A stretch of 64,000 nt of DNA from Octopus sinensis. Taxonomy: Eukaryota. The position numbers and the translations under genes are program-made. This document shows, in pieces, positions 52,423-64,000 of this stretch. Under the pieces are notes generated by a model, which saw nothing but the letters and a program-made list of their open reading frames with translations, was not told the origin of the DNA and did not search any database. The stretch's first letter is position 1. Each line of letters opens with the position of its first letter. The DNA is taken from the NCBI RefSeq assembly GCF_006345805.1, contig NC_043007.1, positions 7,440,001-7,504,000 of the forward strand, read 5' to 3'.

Positions 52423-52585
52423 AAGGGGGTGGCGTAGGTTTTCGATCAAGAGGGATCGTAAAAGGGAAGAAAAGAACAAAAAAAAATAAATAAAATAAAA
52501 AATTAAAAAATAAAAATAAAAAAAGAAGATAAGGAAAAGGAACAAAAGAAAAGAGAAATGAAAAAAGAAGAAAAAAGGGGAAAAG

Positions 52586-52669
<84 letters not shown>

Positions 52670-53254
52670 GAAAGAGATAGGGTAAGTGCGTGTGTGCGTG
52701 GGCGCATGTCGCCTAATCAAAAAGTGAAAACGTATGATATCTTGCAGGGGAGAGAACTTTTGCATCTTTCTTATATTATTTACCTCCCTTTACGCAAATT
52801 ATTTTCCTTGAAACATTCAGATAATTTGTTGTTAAACTTATTCAACTGATATAAGTATCCAGTCGTCAAAATTTCGACTTACAATATCATATATTTATTT
52901 TATCTATATATTGTTTATTGCAAATCGGATAATTACTGACATGTAAAGAATTTATTTTGCGAGCACCCAGATAATTACGGTGGAAAGCCATCCCATTTGG
53001 TGGTGGTGACATTCCAGAGGTTAGCTCTTTGATACCGTTCTAGATTCAGCAGACTCAATACGTGACATGAGCATGATAGCGTCAGAGGAAAAAATATATA
53101 CATTTGGATGTTATGTGTGTGCTTAGCGAGTCTGCTAAATTTGCGGTTAATAATAAACAACTATTAACTTCTTAATCTCCAGTTTCTTTTCCTCTTCTAA
53201 ATAAATAAATAAGTTTTGATATTCCACCAATGAGAATTCTTTATGAACTTGATT

Positions 53255-54510
53255 GCATATATGTTAGAGAAGATCTCAAACCATTGCTAAAGCCTTTTGC
53301 CACATTGCAAAACACTCCAGATTCCGAAATTCTATAAGACCAGCTGCTTTCCCTCTTCTTTGACTTTGCTAAGGCTTTCAACTCTGTGCCACACAAAAGG
53401 CTTATGGTGAAACTCTCTGCAATGGGTGTGGGGGATGACCTTTTTAACTGGTTGAAATCCTTCATCCTCAGCCGAAAGGAGGTAGTCACAGTTCTAGGAC
53501 AGCACTCTACACCATATGAGATGTCATCGGGTGTACCACAGGGATCTGTCCTTGGTCCCCTCTTGTTTGTGGCATACATTAACGACATAGATGCCAATTT
53601 AAAGAATGCCACAGTATTGAAATATGCAGACGACATCAAGCTGTACCTTGAAATCAAGAGGACAGATCCTGATGTCTACAACTCTTTCCTGCAATCAGAC
53701 CTAGACACAATGCAGCAATGGATCACAGACTGGCAACTGAAACTGGCTGTGGACAAGTGTACCACCATGCATTTTGGGAGAAAAAACCCTGCGTTCACAT
53801 ACTCCCTCCACAACACTGATATCAAGAAATCCTCTTGCGAGCGTGACCTAGGCATCACTGTCAGCAGTGATTTGCGTTGGTCAAAGCATATCTCTAAGAT
53901 TGTCAGGAAGGCCGAGGGTGTCTTGGCATCACTCAGCAGGTCTTTTGTTAGCCGCTCTCCAGCCATCTATTTAAAACTGTATACAGCTATGGTACGACCA
54001 CACTTGGAATTCGCATCATCAGTTTGGAACCCCTATCTTGCACAGAACATTGATCTCCTGGAATCTGTCCAGAGACGTGCAACCAAACGCATACCCTCCA
54101 TCAGACACCTACCATATTCTGAGCGCCTTGTTTCCCTGGGCATGGATTCACTGAAGCTCCGGCGTTTGGCGACGGACTTGGTAAACACCCACAAAGTTAT
54201 CAACCACCTCACCAACAACAACACTGAACACCTTTTTGATCTCCATGTGTCTAACACACGTGGACATGCCTACAAAGTCAGAAAACAATACAGCTCCCAT
54301 GACTTTCGGAAACATTTTTTCACGCTCAGAGTTGCTGAAGCATGGAATAAACTGCCTGCGTCAGTTGTTGACTGCCATGACACTGCATCTTTTAAGGCCC
54401 TCATGCTTTCCGAAATCCGCCGAAACTACACCTGATTATATATACACTTTAGATGAGTTGTAGTGCACCTGAGCACTGTACACAATTATTATTATTATTA
54501 TTATTATTCT
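53255..54510 (+). mobile_element. CR1-clade LINE, 5'-truncated, uninterrupted RT to C-terminus (53386-54435), 3' UTR and (ATT)n tail
   Basis: FDFAKAFNSVPHKRL, SGVPQGSVLGPLLF, YADD, RDLGI, VRPHLEFASSVWNP, FFTLRVAEAWNKLP. Confidence 0.96.
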
Positions 54511-54553
54511 CTACTTGACTCTCTTTCTCCTTAGAAACTGAGAGAAACCCATC

Positions 54554-54609
<56 letters not shown>

Positions 54610-54779
54610 ATTAGGGTTCAGCAAAAAAATTTGCTTTACCATATACCGAACTTTTAGAAATAGCAGCCAAAGAATTTAGCTATTTCTACTACTACTACTG
54701 ATTGGTAAAATTATTAATTACTAATTAATTAATTAATTTTACCCTTTATTATTATTGACTATATATATATATATGTATA

Positions 54780-55312
54780 TGTAAAAAAATACAAACTGGG
54801 ACAAGAACGCAAAACATTTAGAAGACGATACAAAAAACACAGACGGGACATTCGAAGTCTTCAATCTTCAGTCAAGAACCGGATCATCCTCGCAATCTCG
54901 GCTGATCAATCTTGAGATTGCTGCGATCTGGCCAGCCCCAAAGGAAAATCTAAGCCAAACGCATTAGATTCCTCGGAAGAAAGCCTCGAATGTATACAAA
55001 ACATGGACAGAAAAACGGACGATGTTACACGAATATGAATACGAAAATACGTAAAAACAATAATGATAATAATAATAACAAAATCAGGACGTCACAGACA
55101 GGGGTCTTTTTGACAGGACGAGTAAACTTTGAGCTGGTGTGTTAGAAAAAGGTCTTAGGGCAGAGAGAGAAAAAAATGTGTCTTGCCGCGACGGCTGCTA
55201 AACACGAAAGGGCAGCAATCGGTCAGTCAGTCACGTGTGAGGAGAAGAGAGGGGAAAAGAGTGACAGATGAAAGAGAGAAAAAAAAAGGGGGGCAAGGAA
55301 CAAAGGAGGAGT

Positions 55313-55348
<36 letters not shown>

Positions 55349-55480
55349 AAAGTGGAGTGCAAAGTGTGAAAGGCAGAGAAATGTAGGAGAGTGGGGACAG
55401 AGACAGTATTATAGAGTCGTACCAAGTTTAAAGAAATATGTACTTACATATAAGACCAAAAGAGTACGGGCGTCGCTATA
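54780..55480. mobile_element. Single copy related to the 707-bp element, inserted in (TA)n
   Basis: Shares cattcgaagNcttcaatcttcagtca...ggccagccccaa...cattagatt core and a long purine tract. Confidence 0.75.
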
Positions 55481-55488
55481 TATATATA

Positions 55489-55883
55489 CTAGCAGTATCG
55501 CCCGGCGTTGCTCGGGTTGTAAGGGAAATAACTATATAAGCATTTTTAGAGAGTTATAGCCAAAAAATAGCAAAAAAATGCATTAAAAATTGAAAAAAAA
55601 TTAAGGTAAATTTTTTTTTAAATCGTTGGCACATCATAGATATTTTTAGAGAGTTACTTCCCTTATATAAAAGCGAAAAAATGCATTAAAATGGAAAAAT
55701 ATGATGGTAAATTTTTTTTAAATCGTAGACTCATCGTAGACGCACGCTAATACCCAGAAGGGCTCGATATGAATCACGACTATAAGATACCCGCTTTTGG
55801 TTAACTGCACCGCAAAATGTGGGAGTAGTTAGGAATCTAAATCGTAGGAGACAGACACCACACAGTTCACTCTTATATAAAGA
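55489..55883 (-). mobile_element. Non-autonomous Helitron (A|TC...CTAG|T)
   Basis: Minus-strand 5' TCTTTATATAAGAG; 3' hairpin cccggcgttgctcggg plus CTAG; same terminus type as 48657. Confidence 0.85.
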
Positions 55884-56789
55884 TGCTTTTTTTTTTTCTC
55901 ACATAGAGTTAGATTTATGAAGGTCTTCAGTAGAAAATCCTTCGAATTCTGACTCGCTGCTTGATATAATGAAATTCGTATCCATTTTTTGTCAGAATTA
56001 CAAATTTGAAAACACAATAGGAACAAATTTCGGAAAGAAATCTCCCATAATTCACGGAATTAAAATTACACTTCGATTTTTGTACAAAACTGTAGTTGAA
56101 GTGTTTACGAAGTATAATACGTGTTTTCACGAATGTACTAAGAGATTTGCTCTGATACTCTCATTTAAATATGAATAGGTAAATTCGGGCGGCTTGGTAA
56201 CGAAAGGGTTAAACGGATGCATACATTTATTAATCTCTTATTATAATACATATATAAGTGTCGTCTGTTTATACATAAACACTGTTTCATACTGCAATTA
56301 TATATACAATATCTATATATATAATATTATATAATAAAATATATACAGAGTAAAATAAAAACCAATTTACCTTTCTGTCCGTCCGTGTGTCTTTGCAAAT
56401 GTGTTGGAATGATAAGTGAGTTGTGATTTGGCGCCTTTTTTACTAATAACAAACACACACGTGTTGTATGTAGTTGTATGTGTATGTAGTTGTATGTAGT
56501 TGTATATGTATGTGTATGCGTGTGTGTGAGGAATGACACACACACACTCACGCACGCACACATGTACATCAATGCTTTCGGAGTGATATGTTAAAATATT
56601 GAGTTTTCTCGAATTTTGTCTTAATTGGTGTTAAAATTGAAAGAAATTTTTATGGCATCACCCACTGAAGTACTCTGAAAAATCTTAGGTAAATTCTAAT
56701 TGAAGAAATTGGTGAGGAGTAAATGGTTATGTATTTATTTGTTTCTGTTTGCTGTGTTTTTTTATTTTTTGAGTAGTGGTTTAAATACT

Positions 56790-57280
56790 TTCAGTTTAGT
56801 CTTCCTCAAATCACTCTGTCGCTATTTACTTTCATTTTATTCGTTGCACACTGTGTGTGTGCGTTTGCGTGTGGTGTAGACCAGACTAAGAAAAGCATTT
56901 GACACACACACCAGAATGTGAGTTTTCTGTAAATTTTGCTTAATTGGAGTTTAAATTTTAAAAACTGGACCTGGCATGACGCGATGCATTGTACTCTTAA
57001 AAATGCTAGGTAAATTGTAATTGAAGAAATCCTATATTGTAGATTTCTATAACTCCCAAAGGGAGGCAGATAAAATCTGCCTTTTATAATAAGACTAGCA
57101 GTATCGCCCGGCGTTGCTCGGGTTTGTAAGGGAAATAATTATATAAGCATTTTTAGAGATGTAAAGTATAATAGCCATCTCAATATGGCTAACCACAAAG
57201 GGGGAGGGGTGTTACTGTAGCTTTTTACGTTCTGAGATTTAATAATAAATTTTAGAGAGTTACTTCCCTTATATATGTCA
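56790..57280 (-). mobile_element. Two Helitron-type segments joined head-to-tail at 57094/57095
   Basis: Minus strand cgatactgCTAG|TCttattataaaaggcagattttatctgcc; a second copy of the 5' segment is at ~58285-58560. Confidence 0.8.
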
Positions 57281-57460
57281 AAAAATGCTTACAAAAATAA
57301 AACTGGAGTTGATTCATTAAACTACAATTCTTCAAGGCATTGCCCCAGCATGGCCACAGACCAATGGCTGGAAAAAGCAGAAGAATAAAAGAATACATTC
57401 TCTGCTTTGGTCTTATGTTCAAGGCATGAGAAAGCTTGAGTTTACATGAGAAGGCGTAAC

Positions 57461-58052
57461 AGACCTGGTAGAAACAGCAGCCAAATCTCCCTCAAATCAC
57501 ACCTTACTGTCTTATGTATGTATATATATATGAGCCAATGAGGGGGACCTCTACATGGTAGCTAGACCTGGTAGAAATAGCAGCCAAATTTCCCCCAAAT
57601 CACACCTTACTGTCTTATCTATGTATATATGTATGGTATGTATGAGCCTATGAGGGAGACCCCTACATGGCAGCTAGACCTGGTAGAAATAGCAGCCAAA
57701 TTTCCCCCAAATCACACCTTACTGTCTTATCTATGTATATATGTATGTATGAGCCTATGAGGAGACCCCTACATGGCAGCTAGACCTGGTAGAAATAGCA
57801 GCCAAATTTCCCCCAAATCACACCTTACTGTCTTATCTATGTATATATGTATGTATGAGCCTATGAGGGAGACCCCTACATGGCAGCTAGACCTGGTAGA
57901 AATAGCAGCCAAATTTTCCCCAAATCACACCTTACTGTCTTATCTATGTATATATGTATGTATGAGCCTATGAGGGAGACCCCTACATGGCAGCTAGACA
58001 TGGTAGAAATAGTAGCCAAATCTCCCTCAAATCACACCTTACTGTCTTATCT
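57461..58052. repeat. ~107-bp minisatellite, ~5.5 units, each containing a (TATG)-type microsatellite
   Basis: Units start at 57461, 57564, 57676, 57782, 57889 and 57996 (agacctggtagaaatagcagccaaa...). Confidence 0.95.
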
Positions 58053-58999
58053 TTCTGCTACTTGGATATAGGTGTTATATTCGTCATAAAAAACTTTCCT
58101 GTCACACACTCACGCACACGCACACACGCACCCTCACACACACACACACACACACACGCGCACACACACACACACACACACTCACACACACGCACGTTAG
58201 CTTACAATTTTATTTATATATTTGCGTGTGTATGTGTTGAAAGAGGAAGTGGGAGGCAGAGTGAAAGAATCACTCACTACAGTAAGCGAATTACTTTCAT
58301 TTTATTCGTTGCACACTGTGTGTGTGCGTTTGCGTGTGGTGTAAACCAGACTAAGAAAAGCATTTGACACACACACCAGAATGTGAGTTTTCTGTAAATT
58401 TTGCTTAATTGGAGTTTAAATTTTAAAAACTGGACCTGGTATGACGCGATGCATTGTACTCTTAAAACTGCTAGGTAAATTGTAATTGAAGAAATCCTAT
58501 ATTGTAGATTTGTATAACTCCCAAAGGGAGGCAGATAAAATCTGCCTTTTATAATAAGAGATATATATATATATATGTAAAAAAAAAAACTGGGACAAAA
58601 CGCAAAACATTTAGAAGATGATACAAAAGGCACGGACGGGACATTTGAAGCCTTCAATCTTCAGTCAAGAACCGGATAATCCTCGCAATTTCGGCTGATT
58701 AATCTTGAGATTGCTCCGACCAGGCCAGCCCCAAAGGAATATCTAAGCCAAGCGCATTTCGAAACACGCATTCAGTCGAAACAGGGGAAGCTGATGAAGG
58801 GGAATATTCCTTGTATTGTTTGTCTTGTACTCTGTTTTTTCGTTGTTAAAAAATGTCCGTTTCCTTGTTTGATTTTATGTTTTCGTTTCTCGTTGTGTTC
58901 TACGTTTATTTGTGGTGTCCTGTACTCATATATATATATGCATGTATATATACATGTAGATGTAGGTATGTACATATATGCATGTATGTATGCATATGT

Positions 59000-59042
<43 letters not shown>

Positions 59043-59048
<6 letters not shown>

Positions 59049-59440
59049 AATATTAAATTTCTAAATGTCTCAAAGAGACAAGAGCGGTGGTGGAGCGATA
59101 GAGTGGTTGTATACTGTCAAGACATTTAGAAATTTAATATTTCTGATTATGGTGATCAGTGAATAGATTTCACCGTAAATATATATATTTGTGAAGGTTG
59201 GACAAGCACCTCAATCAGCAGATCTCACTATCCTGGGCTGATGACGGATTAAGACCCAGAAACATGCATGTCCTCAGGTGGGAATCTTGGCTGGTAGGGG
59301 TGCTTGCCTCCCCTTCACAAATATAAGGACACAGAAAATGTGTCAAAGCCGACAGGAAGCGTTCGATGCTTCCTAGGGCTAAACAGCGGTGGTGTAATTC
59401 CCATACGGGACTGTCACGTTAAGTTGACAGTATACAACCA

Positions 59441-59450
<10 letters not shown>
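59043..59450 (+). mobile_element. Penelope-like terminal repeat with hammerhead and nested inversions, between (TA)n tracts
   Basis: Hammerhead at 59232-59278; 28-bp inverted arms 59043-59070/59120-59147; 59100-59120 is the reverse complement of 59424-59444. Confidence 0.75.
59232..59278 (+). ncRNA. Type I hammerhead ribozyme motif (PLE-type, palindromic stem III)
   Basis: cctggg-CTGATGA-cggattaagaccca-GAAAC-atgcat-GTC-ctcagg; stem I 6 bp, GUC triplet, weak stem II. Confidence 0.7.
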
Positions 59451-59537
<87 letters not shown>

Positions 59538-59844
59538 TAATCGCCATATCATGGTTCCCCTATCGCACCCTCAGTACATCGCGGATTTTTCTGTCTAATA
59601 TATGTAAATTTATATCATGGGTTTCCGCCGCCAATTTTTAAATATTTCTGTGGTAAAAAGCATTTTTACGCTTAAAAATCAATAAATGGAAATACAGTGC
59701 AGTAATGCACTGTATAACACATAAATTAAAAGATATTAAAAGAAAATACGTAGAGTACCGTCGATGAATAAACACAGAACGGCACATGGTGTATGGAAAG
59801 CGAAACATACTGTATGGGAGGCGAGTGTGTGCCGCTGTTTTTTT

Positions 59845-60225
59845 TTATTTCTTTTACTTGTTTCAACCATTTGACTGTGGCCATGCTGGAGCACCGCCTC
59901 TAGTCGAGCAAATCGACCCCAGGACTTATTCTTTGTAAGCCTAGTACTTATTCTATCGGTCTCTTTTGCCGAACCGTTAAGTTACGGGGACGTAAACACA
60001 CCACCATCGGTTGTCAAGCGATGCTGGGGGAACAAAGTCAGACACAAACACACACATATATACGACAGGCTTCTTTCAGTTTCCGTCTACCAAATTCACT
60101 CACAAGGCTTTGGTTGGCCCGAGGCTATAGTAGAAGACACTCGCCTAAGGTGCCAAGAAGTGGGAATGAACCAGGAACCATGTGGTTCGTAAGCAAATTA
60201 CTTACTACACATACACTCCTACGCC
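59845..60225 (-). mobile_element. SINE family B
   Basis: ttacttgtttcaaccatttgactgtggccatgctggagcaccgcc ... gaaccaggaaccatgtgg. Confidence 0.9.
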
Positions 60226-60526
60226 TATTATCTATAATGAAATAAACATATACAAATTATAAAAATAATTTTTTTAATATTTACAACACAGTAGTTTCTA
60301 CTTCGCTGATTTTGACCTATCGCGGGTTGTCTTGGAACGTAACACCGCGATAGCTCTGTGTGCGTGTTTTCGTGCCTGTGTCTCTTACCACTGCTTGACA
60401 ACCGGTGTTGGTGTGTTTATGCTCCCGTAACCTCGCGGTTTGGCAAAAGAAACGGGTCAATTTGTTCGACTAAAGCCGTTCAAGGCAGTGCCCCAGTATG
60501 GCCTCAGTCAAATGAGTAAAAGATAA

Positions 60527-60904
60527 AGGCACAAGACCAGCAATTTCGGGGGAGGGTTAAGTCGATTACATTGACCTCAGTACGTAACTGGTATTAATTT
60601 TATCGACTCCAAAAGGATGAAAAGCAAAGTCGCCCTCGGCGGAATTTGAACTCGGAACGTAACGGCAGACGAAATACCTATTTCTTTACTACCCACAGGG
60701 GGCTACACGGACAAACAAGGACAGACAAATGGATTAAGTCGATTACATCGACCCCAGTGTGTAACTGGTACTTAATGTATCGACCCCGAAAGGATGAAAA
60801 GCAAAGTCGACCTCGGCGGAATTTGAACTCAGAACGCAGCGGCGGACGAAATACCACAAAGCATTTCGCCCGGCGTGCTAACGATTCTGCCAGCTCGCCG
60901 CCTT
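60527..60904 (-). mobile_element. Family A SINE dimer: head + tail-1 unit + tail-2 unit
   Basis: Junction gacgaaatac|ctatttctttac at 60677/60678. Confidence 0.9.
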
Positions 60905-62559
60905 TGAACACAACAAATAATGACGGACGAAATGTCGTATTGCATTTTGACCGGCATGATAACGGTTCCGCCTACTCACTGACTTTCTTTTCACCATAAA
61001 TCAATTAGACATCACGTTCTCTCTTAAACAAAGGACAACAATAATAAATATGAGAGTTTCCTCTTCTGAAGGCCCAACTGAACGCGTGGACCTCTGTCGA
61101 GGCTTCCTCCTCTCTTCTTTCCAACCGAAATCTTCGATTACCGAAGCGAAAACACGCCACATGTTGTTTTACACGTGTAATAGAATCATGCTGAGACAGC
61201 ATTGTTACTTTCGTACAACTTTCCAAACATTTATTTTTAATCGCGATTTATTCGTTTACGATGTACAGAATTCTAAATTAAGCAGAAACAATTAAAATCT
61301 ATAATTTTACTGAAATAAAATTTATTTAAAATAAATTAAAACAAAAACAAAATGAAAAGATAAAAAACAATAGAAAAAATCAGGCAAACTTAATGTCAGA
61401 AAAAGTCGGCTCCATACACACAAAGTGATGACGTAGCCACAACTGGATGACGTTTTACACTGCTTCGAAGTGGAACAACAAACCCCAGCTGAAAGATGAG
61501 GCGACAACACATCCAAGACCCGGGTAAAGTTTTCATCTCTTTACTTTATTTTCTAGACGTGTTGAAGGCTTTTTCTAAAAGTAAAACATTAGCCCCGATC
61601 TTAGATCCAAGCATTTCTATTAACCTAAGCTCCATCGGTTCCATCGCAATTGATCCCCCCACACGGACACACCTTTCTTCTCTAACATTAACCATTCGTC
61701 CCAACTTGTAACATATGTTTGACATTAAAGTAAAGTCCGGGACTCCAAGGATGCTGGCGAAATGTCTGCGTCACTAATATTTAAGACGACCAATATTTCG
61801 ATTGCTCGGGGAAATAACTTCAGTCGATGACAGTCTTAAAACTCGGTGTTTTTGCGTTGCCTTCTTTGAATTGAAAGTAAATATTTTTGTTCTACACACC
61901 GATTCAAATATGTTAAGTGGAATTTCTTCGTTCGAAATATCCTTCAGAATCGATATTGGCATTATTCCTATACTTTATTTATTTGTTTATATATTTTAAG
62001 AATTGAAATCTGATCGTAGCTGACTGACGGAACCACCAGTGTGTTTCTGGGGTTTCCAGCTCTGAAATTTGAGTTCCTGAACTAATCGGAACATAGGAGA
62101 ACAACGTGATGCCAACCAAGTGCTGGGCTGAGTTATTTGACTCTTTCTTCCCAACCCACAACTCTGTGGCCTTCTGCCTATTTTCGTTCGTTGAATCTAA
62201 TTCGTCAATTGAAAATACAGTCGAGTTGGGGGAACCGGCGGAGCTAGAGCAAAAAATAGGACAAAAAGAGGAAAATTGTAATACTACTCGTGTTTTAATG
62301 TCGAGATGTCACAGACGATACCGTTGGCTTAGTTTGGATATGATGAGGCGAAGAATTATCTTAACGTTTCGTACAGGGCCTTTATATCAGAGGGATTGTA
62401 GGACTGTTATTGTGAATAGTGCAGAACCCTTGTTTCACTGCTTTCGGGTTCTTTCCCCCACCCCATCCCCGACGTGGACTCAGTTATTTGATCAGAAATA
62501 TTTGACATGCTTTGTATCACATCACAAAACTAGTTAAACGTTTTTTTTTAAAAATACTT

Positions 62560-62720
62560 AGGTATGGCAGTGTAGTTGAGAAGCATGTTCTTCAACCATG
62601 TGGTTCTGGGTTCAGTCCTGTTGTGTGGCACCATATGCAATGGGCAAGTGCCTTCTTTTATAGCCCTGAGTCAAGGAAAGTCTTGTGAGAGGATTTAGTA
62701 GACAGAAACTAAAAGAATCT
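62560..62720 (+). mobile_element. SINE family B 5' half
   Basis: gggttcagtcctgttgtgtggcacc...gggcaagtgccttc...gtagacagaaactaaaagaa. Confidence 0.75.
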
Positions 62721-63369
62721 CACTGTATATATATATTAATATACCTTGATTGTATGAAGTTTACCTTGTGGTTAGGAGGTCCTGTGTAAACTCGTTAGGG
62801 TTTTGATCGAAACCCCTACGAGTGTACACCTTATATCCTAACAACAATGTAAACTTCATATAATCAAGGTGTGTGTGATCATTTAATGTCCATATTCCAT
62901 GGCATGGGTTGGACCAGAGCTGATAAGCTAAGGGCCACACCTGGGGTCGATTTCTTCAACTAAATCCCTTAAGGCATTGCCCCAGCAGGGCCACCGTCCA
63001 ATGAATGAAACAAGTAAAAAAACAAAGAATTTTAAATTCAACTTTTTTTCCTTTATATTTGTTTGTGTGTAAATATCTACAAAATGATGTTGTAGTTTTT
63101 TTTAAAGCTTTCAAATAGTTTGATACAAATCACAATCATTTTCAATTTGCTGTTTGAAAACTGTTGAAATTGGTCAGACATGGATGTTTACCTTCAATGG
63201 TTTCATATGTTGGACTCTGGTCATTCTGGGCACCATCACGCCCAGGATGAAGAGTTTGAATTGATTGTAGCAACCCCGGTCTTATTTCTATCTCAAACTT
63301 GTGTTATTTCTCTCTAATTATCAGACTATTATATACATACATGCATACACACACAAAAATATATAAAAG

Positions 63370-63733
63370 CACCATTCAAGCGTGGCCGGTGCCAGTGCCG
63401 GCTGACTGGCCCTCATGCCGGTGGCACATAAAAAGCACCTACTACACTTTCAGAGTGGTTGGCATTAGGAAGGGCATCCAGCTGTAGAAACATTGCCTTC
63501 TGGCTCTCCAGCCAGTCAAACCGTCCAACCCATGCCACCATGGAAAGAGGACGTTAAACAACGAAAATGATGATAATGATATCTATATATATGTGTGAGT
63601 GTGTGTGTGTGCTGTAGAAACTTTGCCAGATCAGGTTGAGCCTGGTGCAGCCTTCTGGCTCACTAGTCCTCAGTCAAACCGTCCAACACATGCCAGCATG
63701 GGAAGCGGACGTTAAGTGATGATGATGATGATG

Positions 63734-63735
<2 letters not shown>
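63370..63735 (+). mobile_element. Two 3' fragments of an RTE-associated SINE/LINE tail ending in (GAT)n
   Basis: gtcaaaccgtccaacccatgccaccatggaaagaggacgttaa...gatgataatgat, and a second copy ending ggacgttaagtgatgatgat. Confidence 0.65.
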
Positions 63736-63768
<33 letters not shown>

Positions 63769-63939
63769 TACATTCATGCACACACACATACATGTACATA
63801 GAGAATAGCATAAAGATTAGTTTGATTATAGATTCCATTGAGACCCTCCCTCCCTGTCTTTCTCTCTATCTGTCTCTCCCTCCCTCTCTATCTCTCTCCT
63901 CCTTTCTCTGTTGTTCTCTATCTCCAGATCAGCTCTAAT

Positions 63940-64000
63940 GTATAATAATAATAATAATAATAATAATTGTGTACAGTGCTCAGGTGCACTACAACTCATC
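63940..64000 (-). mobile_element. 3' end and (ATT)n tail of the same CR1 family as 53255-54510, opposite orientation
   Basis: Exact reverse complement of gatgagttgtagtgcacctgagcactgtacacaattattatt. Confidence 0.92.

Noticed and set aside
57461-58052. CRISPR-like array
   Set aside because: Units are whole tandem repeats with no unique spacers, there are no cas genes, and the context is eukaryotic.
58775-58830. ctgatgaagggg as a hammerhead core
   Set aside because: No downstream GAAA or closing stems.

Overview
AT-rich, microsatellite-dense eukaryotic DNA. The SINE families and repeat spectrum look like coleoid cephalopod (Octopus-like) sequence; this is inferred from recognition, not a database search. 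No host gene can be called with confidence and only a few exon-like islands are weakly supported. The window is a mobile-element mosaic: tRNA-derived SINE families; LINE remnants (Dong/R4 inside (TAA)n, three RTE, CR1-group, an internally deleted Tx1/L1-like element); a mariner fragment; a Helitron helicase remnant with non-autonomous partners; and several Penelope-like families with hammerhead-ribozyme motifs and terminal foldbacks. The most notable pattern is that one SINE family forms head-to-tail multimers joined at the same nucleotide of its own tRNA-like head at five junctions in four loci. A Tx1-like LINE remnant shares this SINE's 3' end and sits at the same junction, suggesting a self-targeting SINE/LINE system. 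Also notable are a recurrent hammerhead-like motif with a non-canonical core (CUGUCGA), a precise Helitron CTAG|TC head-to-tail junction, and two large tandem duplications, one possibly an assembly artefact.
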